From an uncultured delta proteobacterium (GTDB lineage: Bacteria; Myxococcota; Myxococcia; Myxococcales; Myxococcaceae): a stretch of DNA of 64,000 nucleotides. How positions within the stretch are numbered: the stretch's first letter is position 1; every line of letters begins with the position of its first letter. Shown here in pieces: positions 52,707 to 62,057 of this stretch. The notes under the pieces are model-generated. The model worked only from the letters and a program-made list of their open reading frames with translations, did not search any database and was not told the DNA's origin. Made by a program: the position numbers and the translations under genes. The stretch spans positions 480,001 through 544,000 of the forward strand of contig CAVZMH010000022.1 in assembly GCA_963776345.1 (NCBI GenBank), written 5' to 3'.

Positions 52707-53180
52707 GTGACCGCACCCGAGCCCCGCGCCTTCGTCGTCCGACCCGTCGATCCCGATGACCTCGCGCGCTGGCGACCGCTCTGGGACGGGTACAACGCCT
52801 TCTACGGTCGGGTGGGGCCAACGGCCCTGGCCGAGGTCGTGACGCGGATCACCTGGGGGCGGTTCCTCGATCCGCTGGAGCCGGTGCACGCGCTGGTCGC
52901 GGCGGCCGGCGGGGAGCTGGTCGGGCTCGCGCACTACCTCTTCCACCGGAGCACGATCCTGGTCGAGCCCACCTGTTACCTCCAGGACCTCTTCACCGCA
53001 CCGGCGTGGCGCGGCCGCGGCGTGGCCGGGGCGCTCATCGACGCCGTTCGAGCGCGTGCCCGGTCCGTGGGCGCGTCGCGCGTCTACTGGCACACCCAGG
53101 CAGCGAACGTGACGGCCCGGCGGCTGTACGACCGGCTCGCCGGACCCGCGGAGTTCGTGGTCTACCGGATGGTGCCCTGA
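52707..53180 (+). CDS. GNAT family N-acetyltransferase
   Basis: LWDGYNAFY, CYLQDLFT..WRGRGVA, VYWHT..N.TARRLYD. Confidence 0.9.
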   Translation: MTAPEPRAFVVRPVDPDDLARWRPLWDGYNAFYGRVGPTALAEVVTRITWGRFLDPLEPVHALVAAAGGELVGLAHYLFHRSTILVEPTCYLQDLFTAPAWRGRGVAGALIDAVRARARSVGASRVYWHTQAANVTARRLYDRLAGPAEFVVYRMVP

Positions 53181-53201
53181 CCGCTGGAGCGGTGCGCCGC
53201 G

Positions 53202-53480
53202 CTAGGTCTTGCCCGGCGGAAGCGAAGCCGGAGCCGTCGCCTCGGGGAGGGCGTGGTGCGCCTTTGCCTCCACGCGGAGCTCGGCGTCGGTGAGCTCCTC
53301 CTGGTGTTGCTTGGGGTTGGTCCGCCAGTGGAAGTCGGCCGGCACCGCGCCCCCGCCCTGCTGTCCGTAGCCAATCATGTCCGGGAACTGGTTGGTCCAG
53401 CGTCCGGCGGCGTCCGGCTCCTTGGTGACGTGGGAGCGCTGCTTGCGGGGAACGAACGGGTAGAAGGGCGTGTTGCTCAC
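53202..53480 (-). CDS. Small hypothetical protein (92 aa)
   Basis: GTG start; strong GC3 codon bias; non-repetitive aromatic-rich sequence. Confidence 0.6.
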   Translation of the reverse strand: MSNTPFYPFVPRKQRSHVTKEPDAAGRWTNQFPDMIGYGQQGGGAVPADFHWRTNPKQHQEELTDAELRVEAKAHHALPEATAPASLPPGKT

Positions 53481-53566
53481 GGAAGGGCACCTTGCCCCGG
53501 GAGGGCACCCGGAGGGAAGAGCGATCGCCTTCCGTGCGGCCGCTGGTAGCGTGCCCGTTCGACGTG

Positions 53567-55141
53567 ATGGACCGCGCACGGAACCTCGACCGCCTCTCGG
53601 ACCCCTTCGACATCGCCATCGTCGGCGGCGGCGCCACGGGCCTGGGGGCCGCGGTGGAGGCGGCGGCCCGCGGGTACCGGACGCTGCTGCTCGAGGCCCG
53701 CGACTTCGCCCAGGGCACGTCCAGCCGATCCACCAAGCTGGTCCACGGCGGCGTGCGCTACCTGGCGCAGGGCAACGTCGGGCTGGTGCGCGAGGCGCTG
53801 CTCGAGCGGGGCCGGCTCCGGGCGAACGCGCCGCACCTGGTGGGAGATCTCGAATTCGTGGTGCCGGCGTACGCCTGGTGGTCCGGCCCGTACTACGGAG
53901 TGGGGCTCAAGCTGTACGACGTGCTGGCCGGGCGCCACCGCCTGGGCACCAGCCAGCTCCTGTCCCGGGCCCAGGTGCTGGAGCGCATCCCCACGCTGGA
54001 GCCCGACCAGCTCAAGGGCGGGGTGCGCTACTTCGACGGCCAGTTCGACGATGCACGGCTGGCGGTGACGCTGGCCCTGACCGCGGACGACCTGGGGGCG
54101 GTCCTGCTGAACCACGCGCCCGCGGTCGGGCTGGTCAAGAGCGGCCCGAGGGTCCGCGGGCTCCGGCTGCGCGACGAGGAGTCCGGCCGGGAGCACGAGA
54201 TCTCCGCCTCGGTGGTGGTGAACGCCACGGGTGTGTTCGCCGACGCCGTCCGCCGGATGGACGAGCCCGATGCGCCGCCCCTGGTCGCGCCGTCCCAGGG
54301 CGTGCACCTGGTCCTGCCCGACTCCTTCCTCCCCGGCGCCCACGCGCTGATGATCCCGCGGACCGACGACGGCCGGGTGCTCTTCGTCGTTCCCTGGCAC
54401 AGGCGGGCGCTGGTCGGCACCACCGACACCCCGGTGCCCGAGGCGAGCGTGGAGCCACGCCCGCTGGAGGAGGAGGTGACGTTCCTCCTCGAGCACGCGG
54501 CGCGCTACCTGACCCGCGACCCGCGTCGCGAGGACGTGCTGAGCGTCTACGCCGGCCTGCGTCCGCTGGTCCGGGCCGAGGGAGCAGTGCCCACCGCCGC
54601 GCTCAGCCGCGACCACAGCATCTTCGAGAGCCCGAGCGGGCTGGTCACCATCGTCGGCGGGAAGTGGACCACCTACCGGCGCATGGGCGAGGACGTGGTC
54701 GACCACGCCGCACGGGTGGGCGGCCTGCCCGAACGCCCGTCGACGACCGCCGAGCTCCGGCTGCACGGGGCCCCGCCCGACGAGCAGGTGGAGCACTCGG
54801 CAGCGGGGACCCCGAGCGAGATGCTCGCGGCCTACGGGACCGACGCGGACCAGGTGCGCGCGCTCGCCGAGTCCGACCCCGAGCTCGCGGTCCCGATGCA
54901 CCCGCGCCTCCCCTACCTCATGTGTGAGGTGACCTGGGCGGTGCGGGAGGAGATGGCCCGCTCGGTGGAGGACGTGCTCTCCCGGCGCACCCGGGCCCTG
55001 GTGCTCGATGCGCGGGCGGCGCTGGAGTGCGCGCCGGCGGTCGCCCGGGTGGTGGCGCGCGAGCTCGGGCGTGACGAGGCGTGGGTCCAGGCGCAGCTGG
55101 CCTCGTTCGAGCGACGCGCCCGCGAGAGTCTCCTCGTCTGA
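53567..55141 (+). CDS. glpD: FAD-dependent glycerol-3-phosphate dehydrogenase
   Basis: GGGATG, GTSSRSTKLVHGGVRYL, DGQFDDARL, AGLRPL, GGKWTTYR, SRRTR. Confidence 0.95.
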   Translation: MDRARNLDRLSDPFDIAIVGGGATGLGAAVEAAARGYRTLLLEARDFAQGTSSRSTKLVHGGVRYLAQGNVGLVREALLERGRLRANAPHLVGDLEFVVPAYAWWSGPYYGVGLKLYDVLAGRHRLGTSQLLSRAQVLERIPTLEPDQLKGGVRYFDGQFDDARLAVTLALTADDLGAVLLNHAPAVGLVKSGPRVRGLRLRDEESGREHEISASVVVNATGVFADAVRRMDEPDAPPLVAPSQGVHLVLPDSFLPGAHALMIPRTDDGRVLFVVPWHRRALVGTTDTPVPEASVEPRPLEEEVTFLLEHAARYLTRDPRREDVLSVYAGLRPLVRAEGAVPTAALSRDHSIFESPSGLVTIVGGKWTTYRRMGEDVVDHAARVGGLPERPSTTAELRLHGAPPDEQVEHSAAGTPSEMLAAYGTDADQVRALAESDPELAVPMHPRLPYLMCEVTWAVREEMARSVEDVLSRRTRALVLDARAALECAPAVARVVARELGRDEAWVQAQLASFERRARESLLV

Positions 55142-55223
55142 GGCGTCCCGCGCGCGGCTGATCAGCCGCACCGCCTGCCCGCCCTCGCGGAGGGGCTGCC
55201 CGGGCCGCGACGCCCGGAGCAAT

Positions 55224-55341
55224 CGTGGACATAGCAACTTCGACCTCGCGCACCGCCTCCTCGCGCTCGAGCGAGAGCGAGAGTTCAACCACTTGCGCTG
55301 GCGCCAGTCCGCCGCCTCGGACCGAAGTTGCTATGTCCACG
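55224..55341. repeat. 118-bp element bounded by perfect 19-bp inverted repeats (MITE-like)
   Basis: cgtggacatagcaacttcg (55224-55242) / cgaagttgctatgtccacg (55323-55341). Confidence 0.8.
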
Positions 55342-55439
55342 TATGCGCTGGCCCCGGCCGGCCGGGCGGCCTCTCCCGCGGAGCGGGCGGATCAGGCCGG
55401 CCGGCGGCTCTGATCCTGCGGCGCGCGTCCGGGCCGCAT

Positions 55440-55514
55440 GCCGGAGTCGCGGCTGGCGTCCGGGCGAGGCGCACGCCGAGGGGTGCGTGCGCCGGAGTCG
55501 CGGCTGGCGTCCGG
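55440..55514. repeat. 24-bp direct repeat pair
   Basis: gccggagtcgcggctggcgtccgg at 55440-55463 and 55491-55514. Confidence 0.85.
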
Positions 55515-55630
55515 AGGTGGCGCCCCCCGGGAGAGCGCCGCGGGGTCGCGCAGGCCCTCTGGACGTGCGCCGGCGACCAGGGACCCGGGCCCGCCCGCGT
55601 CCCCTCGGGGCGCCCTGCCGCGCCTCCCTC

Positions 55631-56932
55631 TCAGGCCGCGGCGTCGACGACCGACCGCAGCGCCGCCTCGACCCGGGGAATCGCCTCGCGGATCTCCGCC
55701 TCCGAGACCGCGCCCACGCTGAGCCGGAACCACCCGGTCTCGTCGGCCAGCCCGAAGGCCTGGAACGGCACCACCGCGAAGCCGGCGCGCTCGAGGAGCA
55801 GCTTGCGGATGTTCTCGTTGCTCTTCAGCCCGCCGCGCCCCACCAGGTCGAAGCGCACCGAGAGGTAGATCGCGCCCTGCGGCGCGATGTCGCTGACTGG
55901 GAGCCCACGCGCCCGGAGCTCCATCAGTCCCTGGTGCAGCGCTTGCAGTCGCGACTCGAGCCCCCGACGCATGTCGGTCAGGTAGCGCTCCACCGCGGGT
56001 ACGTCGTCGAGGAAGCGCGCCGAGGCGATCTGCTCGGCCCGCGGCGCCCACGCCCCGGTGTGCCCGATGAGGTCCCGCATCCGCGAGATGATGGACGGCG
56101 GCCCCACGCCCCAGCCGACGCGGACCCCGGTGGCGGCGAAGGCCTTGGAGATGCCGTCCACGAAGACGGTGTACGGCGCCATCTCCGGGACCAGGCCCAC
56201 CGGCGTGACGTGCTTCACGCCGCCGTAGGTCAGCGCCCAGTAGATCTGGTCGTACATCACGATCAGCGGCGGCCGGCCGGCGTGCTTGCGCCCGAGGTTC
56301 TCCTCGACGATCAGCTCGCACACCGCCTTGAGCTGCTCGGCGGTGAACATCGTCCCGGTGGGGTTGAGCGGGCTCCCCAGGCAGAGCAGGCGGGCCCGGG
56401 GCAGGTGAGGCCGGAGCTGCTCCGCGGTGGGCATGAAGCCCTGCTCGGGGAGCGTGGGCACCACCACTGCCTTCGCCCCGGTCATGTACGTGTAGTGGTT
56501 GTTGTTCCAGGAGGGCACCGGGTAGACGACCACCTCGCCCGGGTCCACCACGCTGCGGAACGTGCCGTAGACGACGGGCCGCGCGCCGCTGGCGATGACG
56601 ATGCTCTCCAGCGGGTAGTGCAGCCCGAGGCCCCGGGCGTAGAAGCGCTGCACCGCCTGGCGCAGCTCGAGCATCCCGTCCGCCGGCGGGTAGTTGGTCT
56701 CGCCTGCGCGGAGCGCCTCGGCGATGAGGTCGCGGAGCCCGGCCGGGATGGGGAACTCGCGGGGGGCGAAGTCGCCCACGGTGAGGTTGCAGACCTTCGT
56801 TCCCTTGGCCACCAGGGCCCGGATCTCCCCGGCGATGCGGAGGATCTCGCTCCCCATCAGCCCACGGGCCATGCCGCTGACGGTGTCCGTGTCCCGCGGG
56901 TGCCCCAGGGTGTCGGTCAGGTCGAGAGCCAC
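55631..56932 (-). CDS. PLP-dependent aminotransferase class I/II (aspartate aminotransferase-like)
   Basis: NLTVGDF, SPLNPTG, YDQIY, DGISKAFAATGVRVGW, GWFRLSVG. Confidence 0.93.
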   Translation of the reverse strand: MALDLTDTLGHPRDTDTVSGMARGLMGSEILRIAGEIRALVAKGTKVCNLTVGDFAPREFPIPAGLRDLIAEALRAGETNYPPADGMLELRQAVQRFYARGLGLHYPLESIVIASGARPVVYGTFRSVVDPGEVVVYPVPSWNNNHYTYMTGAKAVVVPTLPEQGFMPTAEQLRPHLPRARLLCLGSPLNPTGTMFTAEQLKAVCELIVEENLGRKHAGRPPLIVMYDQIYWALTYGGVKHVTPVGLVPEMAPYTVFVDGISKAFAATGVRVGWGVGPPSIISRMRDLIGHTGAWAPRAEQIASARFLDDVPAVERYLTDMRRGLESRLQALHQGLMELRARGLPVSDIAPQGAIYLSVRFDLVGRGGLKSNENIRKLLLERAGFAVVPFQAFGLADETGWFRLSVGAVSEAEIREAIPRVEAALRSVVDAAA

Positions 56933-57027
56933 GTGGCGTCCTCCGGCGCCCCCCTTACCGGAGCCTGCGGGCAGGGCGCCAGCACAGTTCCCCGGAAGGG
57001 GCCCGGACGGTGACGGTGCACCGGCCG

Positions 57028-57384
57028 CTAGGGCGCGGGGCGGGTCCCCGGGGCGTACTTCAGCACCCGGACCCGCTCCATCGTGACCAGCCCCTCGCCC
57101 ACCATCTCGTCGAGGATGGGGAGCAGCCGCTCCACGTGCTCGGGGGTGTCCACCAGCTCGAGAAGGATGGGCAGGTCCTCGCTCAGCCGGAGGATGTGGG
57201 TGGTGTGCACCACGCTCCGGGCGCCGAAGCCGGCGACGCCCCGGAGGACGGTCACCCCCGCGGCGCCCTCCTTCCGCAGGCGCTCCACCAGCGCCAGGTG
57301 CAGCGGCCGGCCGTGCCACTGGTCCGACTCGCCGAGGAAGATCCGCAGCAGCGTCTGCTCGCCCTCGAGGACTCGATGACCCAT
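57028..57384 (-). CDS. DUF190 (PII-like) protein
   Basis: LLRIFLGESD, AGVTVLRGVAGFG, LSEDLPI; GGAGG RBS; follows crcB. Confidence 0.92.
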   Translation of the reverse strand: MGHRVLEGEQTLLRIFLGESDQWHGRPLHLALVERLRKEGAAGVTVLRGVAGFGARSVVHTTHILRLSEDLPILLELVDTPEHVERLLPILDEMVGEGLVTMERVRVLKYAPGTRPAP

Positions 57385-57389
57385 GACGC

Positions 57390-57773
57390 CTACCCTCCGA
57401 CCAGAACCCGCCCTGCCGCGAGGCCCAGCGTTCCGGCGACCAGGCACCCGAGCACCGTCGCGGCGAGGTTCACTCCGGCGAGGCCATACGCGCGCTGGCT
57501 CAGCAGCGCCAGGGTCTCGTAGTTGAACGAGGAGTAAGTGGTGAACCCGCCCATGATGCCGGTGGTGAGGAAGATCCGCAGCTCGAGCGAGATGCTGGTC
57601 CCGGTGAGCGCGAGGTGCATGATGAGCGCGATGAGGAACGAGCCGGTGAGGTTGACCAGAAGCGTGCCCCAGGGAAACGCCGGGCCCAGCAACTGGGCGG
57701 CGATCGCCCCCACGCCGTAGCGGGCCACCGAGCCCAGCGCGCCCCCGAGCGCCACCAGGGCCACCCGGGTCAC
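57390..57773 (-). CDS. crcB: Fluoride channel Fluc
   Basis: GGALGSVARY, FPWGTLLVN, TGIMGGFTTYSSF..E. Confidence 0.95.
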   Translation of the reverse strand: MTRVALVALGGALGSVARYGVGAIAAQLLGPAFPWGTLLVNLTGSFLIALIMHLALTGTSISLELRIFLTTGIMGGFTTYSSFNYETLALLSQRAYGLAGVNLAATVLGCLVAGTLGLAAGRVLVGG

Positions 57774-59169
57774 CGGGAGGCTCCCGCCGTGTACAGATCG
57801 ATGATCCTCGAGATGGCGGCCTGGCACACGCGGCAGAACGGCACCTCGTCGCGGGTGAACATGATGCAGTCCTCCTCGGGCCGGAAGTAGCCGCGGGATT
57901 CGTACATCGCGCCCTCGAACGCCCCCACCTTCCCGGACCAGTGGTCGGTCCCCAGGATGCGGGTGACCTCCTTCTTCTCCCGGGTGAAGAGCGCGTCCAT
58001 CTCGGACTCGGGGCGGCGGTCGGCGCGGATCTTCTTGCGCTCCACCTGGATGGCGCGACTCGAGATTTCGAACTCCTCCTTCCTCCAGGGGGTGGGGACC
58101 GGCGCCCCCGGCGAGAGCAGCGCCTTCCACTTGATGGTCGCCGGGTCCTTGAGCGCGGTGACGTTGGGCTCCCACGGCTCGGCGCGGTCCGCCGCCGGGA
58201 GGTAGGCGCTCTCCGAGGTGAAGTACTCGTCGGCGAGGCCGGCGAAGTGGTGCCCGAACTCGTGGACGAAGACGTAGGGCGACCAGAGCGAGTCGGCGGC
58301 GACGGTGCTGTAGAGCGCGAAGATGCCGCCCCCGCCGTAGGTGTTGCCGTTGACCAGGATCTCCACGAACTCGTACGGCGCGAACGACGCCACGTCGCGG
58401 AAGGAGCGGTTGTCGAAGGTGAGGACGTACCGTTCGCTGCCGAAGGCGTCGTAGGTGCTCCCGATGCGGCTGCGGCGGTGGATGCCGGTGGAGGGGCGGG
58501 AGATGCCCGGCTCGCGCGACTCGGGGCAGAGCCCCCAGACGTTGAAGTCCTGCTTCCGCTCCTTGAAGGGCGACTGGGCGAAGAGGATCGACACCAGCCG
58601 CCGGGCGTCCTTCTCGAACTTGCCCCGCTGCGCCCGGGTGTAGCCGTCGCCAAGGATGAGCAGGTCCACCTTCGACTCCGACGGCCCGTTCTTCAAGAGG
58701 GGAATGAGGGGCCCGGGCTGTCGGGCACGGCGTCGCTCACCGTCTGGTCCCTGGGGTCCACCTTGAAGGTCCACACCGGGACGAAGGCGTTCTTCGGGTC
58801 GCGCTTCTCCAGCGTCACCTCCACCGGGCCTCCGGGGAGCGGGAAGCGGAGCGACTCCTCGAAGGTGCGGGCCCGCTCCTTCGCCTCGGACGTCTCCTCC
58901 CACTCGCCGAAGATGGAGCTGAACCCGCGCGAGTAGAGCAGGGCCTTGCTCGCCGCGTCGCGGACCAGGAAGCGGTACTTCCCCGAGTCGGTGTCGTCGA
59001 GGGGCCGCGCCGGATTCCCCGGCCAGGGCAGCGGCTCGACGATCAGCCGGTCGAGGCTGAAGATCTCCTGCCCCCCGCTGCCGGTGTGGAAGTAGTCGAC
59101 CCGGAAGGTGCGCGGCGGGGCGGCGAGCGCGGGGGCCGAGGCGAGGAGCAGCAGGGCGGCAAAGCGCAT
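57770..59169 (-). CDS. M64 (IgA peptidase-like) metallopeptidase, frameshift at ~58710
   Basis: Signal peptide, FRVDYFHTG N-domain; KVDLLILGDGYT, YGGGG, HEFGHHFAGLADEY, FEGA.Y, CIM..FCRVC. Confidence 0.9.
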
Positions 59170-59246
59170 GCGCGCGGGACCTTACGGCAGGTGCGGAGCC
59201 CTCGCACCTGTCGAGGATGCCCACCCCGCGCGAAGCGTCTGGCAGA

Positions 59247-61385
59247 ATGGCTGGCGAGGGCGCACTCGTGAAGCTCCGCTGGCGGGCGCCCGGATCGCCC
59301 GGGTCGACACAAGAAAGTCTCTTCATCGAGCCGCGCCGCGGCTCGGTGACCGACCCGGCCGAGATCCGCACCCGGGGCGCGCGGCTCCTCCTCTCGTTCC
59401 TGTGGATCCAGGCGGCGGGCTTCCTCGCGTATCTGGTGGCCTCGACCTGGGTGGCCCCGTCCGCCTTCCCCCGCTACGCGCTGCAGACCGTCTTCGGCTG
59501 GACGGTCATCGTGGTGCTGGCCTGGGCGGTCCGGCGCGGATGGGTGGTGCTCGCCTCCGCGGGGTACCTCGCCTGCGGCTGGTTCCTGCTCGCGATCTCC
59601 GCCTACACCGCGGGCGGCATCGGCGGGTCGGCGCCGCTCGGGTTCCTGGTGCTCATCGTCGCCGCGGGACTCCTGCTCGGCACGCGGGCCACGGTGCTCA
59701 CCGCCGCCGTCTGCCTCCTCACCGGGCTCGGGCTGGCGGTGGCCGGGTCGGTGGGCCTCTTGCCCCCGCCCTCCATTCGCAACTCTCCGCTCGCCCTCTG
59801 GACGGACTTCGCGGTGTACGGAGGACTGATCGTGGCCTTCCAGCTGCTCGCCGCCCGGAACCTCCGGGTGTCCGAGAGCCGCTACCGCTCGCTGGTGGAC
59901 AGCGCCCGCGACGTCATCTTCACCGTGAGCCAGGAGGGCCGCATCACCTCGCTCAACCCGGCGTTCGAGTCGGTGACCGGGCTGCGCGCCTCCGACTGGC
60001 TGGGCCGCCCGTTCGCCTCGCTCTTGGCCAGCGAGCGAGCCGAGGAGCTCTGGACGCAGCTCAGGGCCGCGCCCGGGCCGGCGCTCGAGGTCCCGGTCCG
60101 CTCCGCGGGGGGCGAGCGGGTGCTGGAGGTGGTGCTGGCCATGTCCCCGGACGCCTCGGCCGACCTCCTGGGCATCGGCCGCGACGTGAGCGAGCGCAAG
60201 GAGGCCGAGGCCCGGCGCGCCCAGCTGGAGATGCAGCTGCGGCAGTCGCAGAAGCGCGAGGCCATCGGGACCCTGGCCAGCGGCATCGCCCACGACTTCA
60301 ACAACGTCCTCACCGCGATCATGGGGCAGGCGCAGCTGCTCCGCGACGAGGGCACCGGGCCGATGCGGGGCCGCGCCACGGAGATCCTCCAGGCCAGCGC
60401 CCGGGCGCGCGACGTGGTGCGCCAGCTCCTGACCTTCGCCCGGAGCACCGGCCAGGAGCATCGCCCGGTGCAGCTGCAGCAGGTGGTCGCCGAGGCGCTC
60501 CAGCTGATGCGTGCCTCCCTTCCGGCCTCGGTGGAGCTGGAGGCCTCCATCGACCCGGTCACGGCGATGGTGCTGGCCGACCAGGGTCAGATGCACCAGG
60601 TGGTCATCAACCTGGTGGCCAACGCCGCGGCGGCGCTGCAGGGCCGAACCGGGAAGATCGGCGTCTACCTCGGGAACCTCCCTCCCTCGGGCGGCGACGG
60701 GAAGCTGGGCACCGTGCGGCTCCGGGTGACCGACGACGGGGTGGGGATGACGCCCGAGGTGCTGGAGCGCATCTTCGAGCCGTTCTTCACCACCCGCGCG
60801 CCCGGGGAGGGGACGGGGCTCGGCCTGGCGGTGGTGCAGGGCATCGTGCAGGACCACGGCGGGCAGATCTTCGTCCGCAGCGCGCCGGGGAAGGGGAGCA
60901 CCTTCGACGTCGAGCTCCCCGCCTCCAGCATGGAGCGGCCCGAGGCGGCGGCGCCGCCGGACGTCGCCCCGCCCGGCGCGGGGGAGCGGCTCCTGGTGGT
61001 GGACGACGAGCCGGTCATCGCGCGGGTGGTGAGCGAGCAGCTGCGGCGGCTCGGGTACCAGGTGACGGCGGTGAACGATCCGGAGGAGGCGCTGGAGCTC
61101 CTGGCCGACGACCCGGAGGAGTACGACCTGCTGCTCACCGACCTCCAGATGCCGCGGATGGACGGGGTGGAGCTCGCCGCCCGGGTGGGGCGGCTGCGCC
61201 CGGCGCTGCCGGTGGTGCTGTCCACCGGGAACCGGTGGTCCGTCCCGGCCGCCACGGCGCGGGCGGCTGGAATCCGGGAAATCGTGGACAAGCCGTTCCG
61301 GCTCGAGGAGCTGGCCCAGGCGCTGCGGACGGTGCTCGACGCCGCGGGGGTCCGCCCTCGGGCCACCCGGGAGACGGGGAGTTGA
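59247..61385 (+). CDS. Membrane-bound PAS hybrid histidine kinase with receiver domain
   Basis: About 6 TMs, PAS, IAHDFNNVL, DDGVGM, FFTTR..GTGLGL, VVDDE, TDLQMP, KPF; start uncertain. Confidence 0.93.
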   Translation: MAGEGALVKLRWRAPGSPGSTQESLFIEPRRGSVTDPAEIRTRGARLLLSFLWIQAAGFLAYLVASTWVAPSAFPRYALQTVFGWTVIVVLAWAVRRGWVVLASAGYLACGWFLLAISAYTAGGIGGSAPLGFLVLIVAAGLLLGTRATVLTAAVCLLTGLGLAVAGSVGLLPPPSIRNSPLALWTDFAVYGGLIVAFQLLAARNLRVSESRYRSLVDSARDVIFTVSQEGRITSLNPAFESVTGLRASDWLGRPFASLLASERAEELWTQLRAAPGPALEVPVRSAGGERVLEVVLAMSPDASADLLGIGRDVSERKEAEARRAQLEMQLRQSQKREAIGTLASGIAHDFNNVLTAIMGQAQLLRDEGTGPMRGRATEILQASARARDVVRQLLTFARSTGQEHRPVQLQQVVAEALQLMRASLPASVELEASIDPVTAMVLADQGQMHQVVINLVANAAAALQGRTGKIGVYLGNLPPSGGDGKLGTVRLRVTDDGVGMTPEVLERIFEPFFTTRAPGEGTGLGLAVVQGIVQDHGGQIFVRSAPGKGSTFDVELPASSMERPEAAAPPDVAPPGAGERLLVVDDEPVIARVVSEQLRRLGYQVTAVNDPEEALELLADDPEEYDLLLTDLQMPRMDGVELAARVGRLRPALPVVLSTGNRWSVPAATARAAGIREIVDKPFRLEELAQALRTVLDAAGVRPRATRETGS

Positions 61386-61410
61386 CAAAAAGAACGACCG
61401 TTCGTATTAA
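61382..61410 (+). promoter_or_regulatory. Sigma70 promoter of tetR with an overlapping palindromic operator
   Basis: TTGACA (61382-61387), 17-bp spacer, TATTAA (61405-61410); GAACG-AC-CGTTC palindrome in the spacer. Confidence 0.8.
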
Positions 61411-61416
61411 GGCGGT

Positions 61417-62014
61417 GTGAGCAAGGGCGACCAGACCCGGGCGCGCATCCTCCGCCACGCGACGAAGGTGGCGAGCCGGGACGGCCTCGAGGGGCTGAGC
61501 ATCGGCGAGCTGGCCACGGCCCTGGACATGTCCAAGAGCGGCCTCTTCGCCCACTTCGGGAGCAAGGAGGACCTCCAGATCGAGGTGCTCCGGGCCGCCG
61601 CGGTGGACTTCGAGCACCGGGTCATCCGCCCTGCGCTCCAGCAGCCCCGCGGCCCGGCCCGCCTCTGGGCGCTGTTCAACCTCTGGGTGAAGTGGGCCAG
61701 CTCGCCCGAGACCTCGCGGCGGGTGCATCTTCGCGGCCGCCTCGTTCGAGCTGGACGACCGGCCGGGGCCGGTCCGCGACTACCTGGTGGAGGAGGAGAA
61801 GCGGCTCCTCGGCGTGCTGTCGCGCTCGGCGCGGCTCGGCGTCGAGTCCGGCCTCTTCCGCGCAGACCTCGACTGCGACCTGCTCGCCTTTCAGATCCAC
61901 GGGCTGATGCTCGGCTTCCACCACGCGCTCCGGCTCCTGCGCCAGCGCAGCGCCGAGGCGATGGCCCGGCGGTCCTTCGAGCAGCTGCTCGCGCAGGCCA
62001 TGCCCGCGAGCTGA
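61417..62014 (+). CDS. TetR/AcrR family transcriptional regulator, frameshift at ~61718
   Basis: HTH LSIGELA..MSKSGLFAHFGSKEDL; after the shift GGCIFAAASFELDDRPGPVRD. Confidence 0.92.
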
Positions 62015-62057
62015 CCCCTTTCCCCGCCGTACGCACGCCGCACAAGGAGACGCCGTC

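Noticed and set aside
55440..55514. Possible mini-CRISPR (24-bp repeats, 27-bp spacer)
   Set aside because: Only two repeats, GC-rich, no leader and no cas genes in the window
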